Below are positions 51,963-60,126 of a stretch of DNA of 64,000 bases, one piece after another. Below the pieces are notes generated by a model that was not told the origin of the DNA, searched no databases, and saw only the letters and a program-made list of their open reading frames with translations. This stretch comes from Candidatus Multivoradales bacterium (GTDB taxonomy: Bacteria > Acidobacteriota > Thermoanaerobaculia > Multivoradales > J023). Positions within the stretch are counted from its first letter, which is position 1. Every line of letters starts with the position of its first letter. The translations under genes were made by a program, and so were the position numbers. The stretch is taken from contig CBDFLE010000005.1 of NCBI GenBank assembly GCA_965248925.1, forward strand, positions 864,001 through 928,000, read 5' to 3'.

Positions 51963-53780
51963 TTGAGAAGGCGCCTCGTTGGCTGGCTGTGGGACCACAG
52001 TCAGCTCTTCCGGCGACCGGCGAGACGCTTGCGGCAGCAGCTTTCCGTGGCTGCCTATTGGCTGCGCCACCGACTCGGCAGCAGCCAGCCACCAAGGGTG
52101 CTCTGCGTCGTCAGCGACCCGGCATCTGCCAGTGCCGGGCAGCTCGCCCATCCGGTTGTCCGCATCGCAGCGGATTCTGCCGAGATCTTGGTGAGCTTTG
52201 TCGCCCAGCAGACCGAGACTTCCATCGCCATCGAGTCGACCCGCGCCGCCAGCTATGTCTTGACCTTGGCCAAGGAGCCGACCTCCCTACCGGCCACCTT
52301 TCTCGAGTCCCTGCTCCTAGCGGTCGCTGCCGAGGATCTCTGTTGGGCCACCGGCGGCTGGGCGGGGCCCGCCCAAGCCAATGCGCCGGCAGGCGGGCTA
52401 AAGCTGGCTGCCGCCGTGGACAGTGCCAGCGCTACCCTCAGCCGCTTGCCAACCGCCAAGCCAAGCGCCGCACCAGAGGTTTATGGCCGGACCGTGCCGC
52501 ATATCACTTCGGCCTTGAATCTCGAGCTTATGCAACCTCTGGCGGCGCTACCTCTGCCTCGATCGGGGGCCTATCTGCTGCGCGATGATCAAGTCGCCGG
52601 GCGGATGGTGACCCAGCCAGTCTACGATCTCGCCGAGCGACTAGGTCGCTTGCCCACTCACGAAGGGCCGCCGACCGCCCTGTTGCTGCTGCCCTTCCTC
52701 GCTGTTGGCGGCGCCGAGAGCTTGCTCTTTGAGTTGCTCGAAGGTTGGGTCGGGCGCTACCGCATCCTGGTAGTCACCACCGAGCCCCACCGCGCCGAAC
52801 TCGGCCAAACGGTCGATCGCTGCCGCGCCCTGACCCCCCACGTCTACACCCTTGGCGACTGGCTACCCCGCGCCGCTTTGGCCGGCGCCTTGGCCCATCT
52901 GCTACGCCGCTGGCGGGTTAGTAGCCTGATGTCGTGGAATGGCACGGTAGCGTTCTACGACCTCGCCGGCGAGCTGCGCGCCGGCTGTCCCGGCCTGCGC
53001 CTGATCGATCAACACTTCAACCACCGCGGCGGTTGGATCGAGCGCATGACCCCGCGCCGCTTCGCCAAACTCGACGCCAGCGTAGCGGTCAATCAACCCA
53101 CGGCCCGAGCATTGCGCGAGCAGCACGGCGGCCCGCCGGAGAAGGTACGGCTGATTCACCATGGCGTCCGCCTGCCCAGGATCCGTTCAGCCGCCGAAAT
53201 CAGCCAGCGCAAGCAGCACCACCGCGAGCTCTTCGGCGTGCCCCAAGAAGCGCTAGTAGTGGGCACTTTCGTTCGCATGCATGCCCAGAAACGGCCCCTT
53301 GACGTACTCGCCTTGGCCCACCGCCTGCGGCACCGAGGAGTCTGGTTCGTACTCGCCGGTGGCGGCCCCTTGGACGCGGAGATCGACCGTGAGCTGGCTC
53401 GCCGGCCGGCTGACAACTTGCTGCGACTGCCGATGCAGGAAGACGTCGAGCCGCTCTACGCGATGGTCGACTTATGTCTCTCGACCTCGGATTTCGAGGG
53501 TCTGCCGGTATTCTTGCTCGACGCCCTGGCCCGGTCCTTGCCAGCGGTAGCCACCGCCGTTGGCGATGTACCCCTGCTGCTCGGTGATGGCGGCGGCCTG
53601 CTGGTGGACGAACCAGGGAATCTCGACGCCTTGGAAACAGCTCTATGCTCTCTCCTCGACCCCACTGAGCGCCAGCGGCGGGGTGCTATCGGCCGCGCCA
53701 CAGTGGCCGAGCGATTCGGTCTACAACGCTACCGCGAGGCTTACGAAGAACTGCTCTTCCCCGAGGGAGAGCAAGCGTGA
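51963..53780 (+). CDS. Glycosyltransferase family 4 (paralog of 50059-51930)
   Basis: LAVGGAE, RMHAQKRP, SDFEGLPVFLLDAL, TAVG. Confidence 0.9.
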   Translation: MRRRLVGWLWDHSQLFRRPARRLRQQLSVAAYWLRHRLGSSQPPRVLCVVSDPASASAGQLAHPVVRIAADSAEILVSFVAQQTETSIAIESTRAASYVLTLAKEPTSLPATFLESLLLAVAAEDLCWATGGWAGPAQANAPAGGLKLAAAVDSASATLSRLPTAKPSAAPEVYGRTVPHITSALNLELMQPLAALPLPRSGAYLLRDDQVAGRMVTQPVYDLAERLGRLPTHEGPPTALLLLPFLAVGGAESLLFELLEGWVGRYRILVVTTEPHRAELGQTVDRCRALTPHVYTLGDWLPRAALAGALAHLLRRWRVSSLMSWNGTVAFYDLAGELRAGCPGLRLIDQHFNHRGGWIERMTPRRFAKLDASVAVNQPTARALREQHGGPPEKVRLIHHGVRLPRIRSAAEISQRKQHHRELFGVPQEALVVGTFVRMHAQKRPLDVLALAHRLRHRGVWFVLAGGGPLDAEIDRELARRPADNLLRLPMQEDVEPLYAMVDLCLSTSDFEGLPVFLLDALARSLPAVATAVGDVPLLLGDGGGLLVDEPGNLDALETALCSLLDPTERQRRGAIGRATVAERFGLQRYREAYEELLFPEGEQA

Positions 53781-54751
53781 GCCAGCAACTGCCCTCGGTG
53801 TCGGTGGTCATTCCGTCCTACAACCACGCCGCCTACATTGAAGACGCGATCGACAGCGTGTTCGAACAGCAAATCGATGGACTCCAGCTGGTGGTGATCG
53901 ACGACGGTTCCTCAGACAACAGCCTGGAACTTATGCAGCGCTACCGCCAGCGGCCCGGTTTCGAGTTCTACCCGCAAGCCAACCAAGGAGCCCATGCGGC
54001 GCTCAACCGCGGCATCGAGCTGACCCATGGCGAGCTGATCCTGATCCTCAACTCCGACGACAGCTGGGACCCGGGCCGTATCGCCGACCTGCGCCAACGT
54101 TTCGCCGCCCACAAGGAGCTGGTCCTGGCGGCGAGCTGGCTGCGGGTAGTCGACGGTCAGGGGGAGACCCTGGCGATCAAACAGGCCTTCCACAATCTGC
54201 CCCCATGGTCGCCACCTCGACCTGGCCCTCAGCTCAGCGAGTCTGGTGAGCCCTCCTTGGCGCTGCTCGAAAGCAACTACATTTCGACCACCTCGAACGT
54301 CGCCTTCCGGCGCCAAGTTTGGCGGCAAGGTGTCCGCTTCCAGGCCCTACGCTACGCTCATGATTGGGACTTCGTACTTGCTGCTTGCCAGGTCGGTGAG
54401 CTAGAGATTCTCGAACAGCCTTCGGTGCGCTACCGCGTGCATGGCAAGAACACCATCCGAGAAGGCACTGACCTGGGCAAGGGCCTGATGCGCTTCGAGA
54501 TCCTCTGGTCGGTGGCCCGGCATGCCAACGCCCTGATCGAGCGCTGGGCGGCGAAGGGTTACGATCGGGCTGAACTCGAAAGGCGCCTGTGGACCTCGGC
54601 CCCGCGCTTTGGCAACGATGCATTGTTCGCCCAGCTCCTCGCTCTGCGCGGCGGCGCGCGCCATCCGGGTTCGGCCTACGACGCCCTGATCCGCCAGGAC
54701 CACCCCTTCCGCGATGCCGCGGTAAGACAGCTGGCGGCAGCGGCTGATTGA
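53777..54751 (+). CDS. Glycosyltransferase family 2
   Basis: SVVIPSYNH, IDDGSSD, GAHAALNRG, LNSDD, HDWDF. Confidence 0.92.
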   Translation: MSQQLPSVSVVIPSYNHAAYIEDAIDSVFEQQIDGLQLVVIDDGSSDNSLELMQRYRQRPGFEFYPQANQGAHAALNRGIELTHGELILILNSDDSWDPGRIADLRQRFAAHKELVLAASWLRVVDGQGETLAIKQAFHNLPPWSPPRPGPQLSESGEPSLALLESNYISTTSNVAFRRQVWRQGVRFQALRYAHDWDFVLAACQVGELEILEQPSVRYRVHGKNTIREGTDLGKGLMRFEILWSVARHANALIERWAAKGYDRAELERRLWTSAPRFGNDALFAQLLALRGGARHPGSAYDALIRQDHPFRDAAVRQLAAAAD

Positions 54752-54891
54752 GGCCTGCAAGTCTCCCCGGCAGCGACTCGCCATTCAGGAGCCTCCCCCT
54801 GTCGTCTTTGGGGGGGTATGGGAAGACAATTCCGACACATTCGCCCCACGAGCGGAATGTGTCAATGAAAGTGAGACACTTTCTTCTGGGA

Positions 54892-55675
54892 ATTAGTACG
54901 GAATCGGTAGTGGCTCCGGCACCATCTTGAAATGGGCTTCAGAGAACGGATTGTCGTTGCTCGTGTAGGGCCGGTTCAGCGACCGTGTCATTCAGAGATC
55001 GGCCAGCAGTAGAGCCACCGGCTTGGATGCCATGCTCGAACCGCGGTCCGAGTGCAAGGTAAGTCGATCTCGCTCAACACCTTGCTTGTCAACACCTTGC
55101 TTGTCAACACCTTGCTTGTCAACACCTTGCTTCTCAACACTGTCGGCAATCAACCGCTTCGCGAGTCCTCCGGACTCGCGGCAGGCGAGCATCCAGCCGG
55201 CGATGTAGCGGCTGAAGACCTCCAGAATTACGTAAAGGTAGTAGTAGGTCCACTTCACCGGGCCATTGAGCTTGGTGATGTCCCACGACCACACCTCGTT
55301 CGGCCCTGTGGCCAGCAGTTCGGGCTTGGTGTAGTTGGGATGACGCCGCTGACGGCGTCGCTCGCGCAGCTCGCCCTCAGACTCCAGGACCCGGTACATG
55401 GTGCGCACCGAGCAGATATGGCGCTGATCCTCGTCCAGCAGCGCCGCCCAGACTTGACGCGGCGAGCGGTCGACGAAGCGCTCCGAGTGCAACACATCGA
55501 GGACCTCCTGGCGTTCAGCGGGCGTCAATGCCAGCGGCGGTCGAGGCCGCGTCGATAGCTGCGGCCCTGCGCCCTGCTGCCGACGGCGGCGATAGAAAGT
55601 GGCTCTGGGGACCGCCAAGGCGGCGCAGGCTGCCTGCACCCCCACCATCTCGGCCAGCGGCGCCACAGCGCTCAT
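54892..55675 (-). pseudogene. IS3 OrfB integrase-core transposase, inactivated
   Basis: PNEVWSWDIT, LHSDRG; TGA at 54992 followed in frame by ...NRPYTSNDNPFSEAHFK and then an apparent C-terminal deletion; 15-bp expansion inside. Confidence 0.85.
55074..55140. repeat. 15-bp tandem repeat, about 4.5 copies, inside IS3 orfB
   Basis: tcaacaccttgcttg units; encodes VEKQG-VDKQG-VDKQG-VDKQG-VE. Confidence 0.92.
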
Positions 55676-55700
55676 GACTGGCTCTCACTCGGCTCGATCC

Positions 55701-56054
55701 CTAGCAGCCGGGAAAGTTTTTTTGGACATCGATGATCGTCTCGGCTTTGTACAGCTGATGCTTGAGCCGGGCAATCTCACGCTCAAGCTCCGCGACGCGG
55801 CGGGCCTCAGCAGCGACCGGCCGACGCTTGCGACCGCGCTTCTTCGACAAACCGGCCAGAGCACTGGCATCGCGTTGCTGGCGCCAATTCGATAGTAGAG
55901 ATGAATACAGACCCTCCCGGCGGAGCAGGGCGCCAATCTCGCCGGGCTTGCTACAGGCGTCGGCAGCCTGGACGATGCTCAGCTTGTACGACGCGCTGTA
56001 CCGACGCCGCTTCGCCTTCTCAGTTACCTCTGGATCTCGTCGGTCAGCGCTCAT
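55701..56054 (-). CDS. IS3 OrfA HTH protein (A7 run near the 3' end, possibly frameshifted)
   Basis: DPEVTEKAKRRRYSASYKL...GEIGALLRREGLYSSLL..WR...IIDVQK. Confidence 0.8.
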   Translation of the reverse strand: MSADRRDPEVTEKAKRRRYSASYKLSIVQAADACSKPGEIGALLRREGLYSSLLSNWRQQRDASALAGLSKKRGRKRRPVAAEARRVAELEREIARLKHQLYKAETIIDVQKNFPGC

Positions 56055-56153
56055 ATCTCGCAGCTCGTGGCTTGGACTCGCCCTGGTGATTGCTCTCCAC
56101 GCCCTCACTAATTTCTCGGTACGGCAGTGTCTCACTTACATTGGCACAGAGGG

Positions 56154-56197
56154 CCGTGGCAGTACAGGGTGGAGATGGTAAGCTTGTGCTCGGTCAT
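56154..56197 (-). pseudogene. 5' stub of a second SymE-like gene, truncated by the IS3
   Basis: 41/44 nt identical to 63616-63659; encodes MTEHKLTISTLYCH versus MTEHKLTISALYRH; GAGGAGGA RBS upstream. Confidence 0.8.
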
Positions 56198-56377
56198 TGG
56201 GAATCCTCCTCTTCCGGAGAGCCGCCGGAACCCTGTCAACAGGGAATATGCGCTCTACGTGACTTTCCTGAACTTCATTTACGGTCTATGTGGATATACG
56301 TTATACGAGTATTTCAAACAAGAGGATATCCACCCTCGCCCACCGAAAACGAAAACTGCCCTTAGAATTGGGGAACG

Positions 56378-56749
56378 ATGCCGAGGAAAAAGCAGCCACC
56401 CACCGACTTTGGACATCGCCTGCCTGCCATCCGCAAGGCCAAAGGCTTCACCCAGGTTCAGCTTGCAGATGTGACCGGGACCACCCAGCGGGCGATCTCC
56501 TACTACGAAACGGAGGCCGGCTATCCACCGATGCCGGCGGTCGTCGCTCTGGCCCAGGCCCTCGGTGTTTCTGCCGATGAGTTGATGGGTCTCAAACAGC
56601 CCCAGGTCGACCTGCTCCAGGACGATCCCGAAACCCGCAGGATGTGGAAGAAGTTTCAGCAGGTCCGGACTCTGCCCGAGAGGGACCAACGAGCCGTAAT
56701 TCGGCTCGTCAATTCGCTTGCCTCAGCGAGTCAGCCCGCCACGGAGTAG
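56378..56749 (+). CDS. XRE-family HTH transcriptional regulator
   Basis: FGHRL..IRKAKGFTQVQLA..TGTTQRAISYYE...LAQALGVSADELMG. Confidence 0.92.
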   Translation: MPRKKQPPTDFGHRLPAIRKAKGFTQVQLADVTGTTQRAISYYETEAGYPPMPAVVALAQALGVSADELMGLKQPQVDLLQDDPETRRMWKKFQQVRTLPERDQRAVIRLVNSLASASQPATE

Positions 56750-56836
56750 GCTACGTCTGCTCTTTCGCTGGGGTTTTTCATGAGAACCCGGCCGAAGGCG
56801 AATCTCAAGAAACGGTCGATACCGGACCCCACGAAG

Positions 56837-57073
56837 TTACGCTTCGTCTCGAAGATGTAGATCGACGTTGATAGCGCACTCTTTCACGGTCCGCACAGCC
56901 GTTTTCCAATCCGCCCAAACAGCGGGATCAGCTGTCCCTTCATCCTGCAAGAGGCTCATACCTCCAAGCAGGGCGCCGAGATCGTCCGACTCGGTGCGTT
57001 GGTAGATCTCTTCGAGGAAAGCGAACATCGCGGCATAGGCTTCCCGTGTAGTTAAAGTATCCCCCATTGCCAC
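56837..57073 (-). CDS. Probable immunity protein of the upstream toxin
   Basis: 78-aa acidic ORF starting 2 nt after the toxin stop; position typical of cognate immunity genes. Confidence 0.7.
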   Translation of the reverse strand: MAMGDTLTTREAYAAMFAFLEEIYQRTESDDLGALLGGMSLLQDEGTADPAVWADWKTAVRTVKECAINVDLHLRDEA

Positions 57074-57075
57074 TC

Positions 57076-58161
57076 CTATTGGCCCGACAGGCCGGTTGTT
57101 GAGTCAAAGATTCGCGGTGTCTGGTTCAACCCGCCGTTTTTGATGACTCCATTGCGGCTCTGGACCCAAACCTGAGTGCCGTCGTCCAGTGTTCGTGCAG
57201 ACCAGACATTACCGAACTTGTCCGTTCCAAGGGCCGTTGAAGCGTCATCTGCGACCCCTTGCAGGAGCTTTCGGTTTGCTGGCGTGTCAGCGAGGTGACC
57301 AGGGGCGTCTCGGAAAATGTGCTTGATCTGACCAGGCTTACTGGGAAACCTCGCTGCCCCCCTTGGTACTCCGCGCGATCCCCGCTGAAAGACCTTACCA
57401 AGTCGAGCAAAGACAGCAGACAGCTTTGACCCAACATTAGGAAGTGCTTTTCGAGTAGCAGCGACAACAAGAGTCGTCTCGTCGACCGGCGAGAGAAGAC
57501 TGACGGCAAACAGCGCCCCCATACCTCGAGCATTGATGTTCTCGATGTATTGCTCCTGGGTGATCTCGCCCCGCATCAAGCGCTGTATATCTTGTTCGAG
57601 AGCCATCGCCGCACGGCTTTCTCGCCCATTGGAGTCGATCTCGTTGATCGGGTTGTTGGCCCCGTAGGTATAGCGGTTCCAGCTTCCAGGCGCGCTGACC
57701 TTGGCGGACCTCGCCGGATCGACACTCAAGAACCGCCCTAGCACTGGGCTACAATACCGAGCGTGCATGTAGTCCAGCTCGCTCCTCGCCCCGGTCCCGG
57801 TCTTGTCCCGCTCATGGCCAGTGAATTTCAGCTGAATCTCGTCAGCCTCCGCGCTGGTCGCCTCTTGACCAAAGGGAAAGTAGTTGTGCAACGCCACCTG
57901 CTGTCCGCCTCGGGTGAAGGGGACAGCCCGACGCGGTTTCCAGCTTGAGAGCTGGTAACCCTCTATGCCTGTTCTACTTAAGCCTCGCTCGGCCCTACTG
58001 CCGGCGGGGTCTTGGTGCTCGAAGGTCCAGAGGCGAGTTTCGGCGTAGCTCGACTCGGAGATCGGCGCGATCGCTGTTGCCGGCATCGTCACCGCCAGGA
58101 GCGCGACGACCAGCCCGAGCGCCATCGTCCAAGTGCTTCTTCCTTTAGCTGCCTGCCTCAT
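57076..58161 (-). CDS. Signal-peptide-bearing mini-Rhs polymorphic toxin
   Basis: Hydrophobic leader LGLVVALLAVTMPATA; Rhs-associated core YFPFG, KFTGHERD, DYMHARY..GRFLSVDP, NRYTY.NNP..IDSNG; C-terminal HIFRDAPGH...GNVW...GTQVWV domain. Confidence 0.85.
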   Translation of the reverse strand: MRQAAKGRSTWTMALGLVVALLAVTMPATAIAPISESSYAETRLWTFEHQDPAGSRAERGLSRTGIEGYQLSSWKPRRAVPFTRGGQQVALHNYFPFGQEATSAEADEIQLKFTGHERDKTGTGARSELDYMHARYCSPVLGRFLSVDPARSAKVSAPGSWNRYTYGANNPINEIDSNGRESRAAMALEQDIQRLMRGEITQEQYIENINARGMGALFAVSLLSPVDETTLVVAATRKALPNVGSKLSAVFARLGKVFQRGSRGVPRGAARFPSKPGQIKHIFRDAPGHLADTPANRKLLQGVADDASTALGTDKFGNVWSARTLDDGTQVWVQSRNGVIKNGGLNQTPRIFDSTTGLSGQ

Positions 58162-58242
58162 GCCGGGCCATTCTACGCCGCGGGTGGCGCTCGAAGACAG
58201 CGGCTAAAGGAGGAAGGGTGGTTGGTGCGGAGGCGGGATGCG

Positions 58243-58301
58243 GTTTTCTTAGGCCGCTTTCTTCGGGCAGTGGGTGTTTTCTTAGGTCGTTTTCGTCGGG
58301 C
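58243..58301. repeat. Two 26-bp direct repeats, 33-bp period
   Basis: gttttcttaggccgctttcttcgggc (58243-58268) and gttttcttaggtcgttttcgtcgggc (58276-58301). Confidence 0.8.
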
Positions 58302-58618
58302 TGGTCGTCGGAGCGAGCGCGGGTCTTTCCGGCAGTTTGGTGCCGGCGGCGCAGCCGCCAAACCAATCTGCACGTTGGGGGCGTGGTGGCGGCGGGGCCG
58401 GAGCCGAGCACGGCGACCGCAGGGCGCCGCGCGCAGGGTACGGAGGCCACGACGCAGGGCGGGTCTTGGGAGGAGGATGGGGAGCCCCCTTGAGGGGGCG
58501 GACGGGGCCGGGCCGAGCCGTCGCAGTGCTGGCTGGTGGATCTCGGCAAGGAGGCCCGGAGCGGGGCGTGGTTCCGAAGCCGCTGACCATCGCAGGCTCG
58601 CGGAGTGCTCACCCCAAG

Positions 58619-58644
58619 TTTCCATAATGCACGCGTTATGGAAA
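58619..58644. other. Symmetric dif/cer-like tyrosine-recombinase site (candidate att)
   Basis: TTTCCATAA-tgcacgcg-TTATGGAAA: perfect 9-bp arms with CATAA/TTATG inner cores as in E. coli dif, about 400 bp downstream of the recombinase gene. Confidence 0.7.
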
Positions 58645-59052
58645 GGCCGTAGGCCCGGAGCCGGGGCGTGTGAGGGCCAGGTCGGATAGGGCGCGCACTA
58701 TCGGACAGCGACCCATGCAAGCCGCGTGACACCTGGGAGGTCCGAGGAGGGGCCCAGGTGGCGCGCGGCTTGCGGAGCGGCTGGCCCGTGCCCGGAGGGA
58801 GCGCAGCGACCGGAGGGACACACGCCCCGGCGGAGCTTGGGGCGAGCTTTCGGAGACTCTTTTCTTGGACTACCTGAAGCCTCGCTCCGGGCCGGTGATC
58901 GGAGGGCTCAGGTGGTGGATCGCAGATGCTCGGGCCGGGGCGGGCAGGGGTGACAAAACAAACACCGCCGAGGGCTGCGTGGCCCGCGAGCGGAGGACGG
59001 CGCAGCCGGCCGCAGCGCGGGACCCGCAGACCCGGACCGCTTCGGGCGGGGG

Positions 59053-60126
59053 TCAGTCCTCCGCCTCGGTCTCGACTACATCGAGTAAGTCCTCGGCGGT
59101 CACTTCATCGCTGCCGTCTTCTTCTGTCGGCGGTGCCACCCGCCGCCCTAGCTTCGCGCCCGGATGGGTTGCCGAGTGGATCGACTTCAGTTTGCGGATC
59201 GATACCTGAGTGTAAATCTGCGTCGTCTCCAGCTTGGCATGGCCGAGCATCTGCTGAATGAAGCGGATATCCGCACCACCTTCGAGCATCAGCGTCGCCA
59301 TCGTGTGGCGGAAGAGATGGCAAGCGCCCGACTTGCCGAGATCGGCGGCGAGCACGTAGCCGCGCACCAGCTGACTCATTCGCGACGGAGCAAACGGCGT
59401 CCCCTGGTTGGTGAGAAAGAGCGTCCCGCCGTCCGGCTCGACCATCAGCGACGGCCGTACCTCAGTGACGTAGCGATCGATCCAGGCCAGCGCCCGCTCG
59501 CCGATCGGGATCATCCAGTCTTTCCGCCCCTTGCCCTGGCGCACCATCACCGTTCCGCGTTCGATGTCGAGATCGTAACGGCCGAGGCCGATCAGCTCAG
59601 CCCGGCGCATGCCGGTCGAGTAGAAGACTTCAAGGATCGTCCGGTCGCGCATCCCGAGTGGGTCGGCGGTGTCGGGCTGGTTGAGCACCTGGTCGGCTTC
59701 CGAGGCGGTCAGCACCGCCGCCGGCAACCGGTGCTCCAGCTTCGGCAGCTCCAGCTCCGAGGCCGGGTTGTAGAGCAGGTGGTTGGCCCGAGTCGCCCAC
59801 TTGAAGAAAGCCCGCACCGGCACCAGCCGCGAGTGCTGCGCCCGGAAAGACAGCGGCCGCCCGTCCCCAGGCTTGCGGTAGTGGTAGAGCCACCTGGCGT
59901 AGCGCTCCAGGATCGGCTTGGTCACTTCCGACGGCCGCGACACCCCACGCTCTTCACACCATGCGATGAGAAACGAGAGGTATAGATGCCGGTTCTCAAC
60001 GGTTCGTGGAGAGTAGTTCTTGATCGCCATCCACTCCAGGTACTGACCCGCCATCACCGCGAAGCCCCGAGGGTCGGTTGGATTGCCCGGCAAGAGGCGG
60101 ATCTTGCGCTCGCCACGGCGCGGCAT
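59053..60126 (-). CDS. XerC/XerD-like site-specific tyrosine recombinase
   Basis: N-terminal SAM-like domain; catalytic STGMRRAEL (R), GKGRK (K), HLFRH, LGHA, TTQIYT (Y). Confidence 0.95.
   Translation of the reverse strand: MPRRGERKIRLLPGNPTDPRGFAVMAGQYLEWMAIKNYSPRTVENRHLYLSFLIAWCEERGVSRPSEVTKPILERYARWLYHYRKPGDGRPLSFRAQHSRLVPVRAFFKWATRANHLLYNPASELELPKLEHRLPAAVLTASEADQVLNQPDTADPLGMRDRTILEVFYSTGMRRAELIGLGRYDLDIERGTVMVRQGKGRKDWMIPIGERALAWIDRYVTEVRPSLMVEPDGGTLFLTNQGTPFAPSRMSQLVRGYVLAADLGKSGACHLFRHTMATLMLEGGADIRFIQQMLGHAKLETTQIYTQVSIRKLKSIHSATHPGAKLGRRVAPPTEEDGSDEVTAEDLLDVVETEAED

Larger units (their letters stand above)
54853..56153 (-). mobile_element. IS3-family insertion sequence, decayed
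   Basis: IR cores TGTGTCAATGAAAGTGAGACACT (54858-54880) and the reverse complement of 56126-56148 match 21/23; right boundary about 56153 inferred from where the SymE repeat resumes; no target duplication seen. Confidence 0.85.

Noticed and set aside
55074-55140. Possible CRISPR or iteron array
   Set aside because: 15-bp contiguous repeats inside the IS3 coding frame; slippage expansion
58012-59261. Several Arg/Pro/Gly-rich ORFs on both strands between toxin and recombinase
   Set aside because: Low-complexity GC-driven frames without RBS or motifs; the region is better explained as structured non-coding DNA
59053-60126. Housekeeping xerC/xerD assignment
   Set aside because: Translationally coupled to an element primase within a mobile context, so no gene symbol is given
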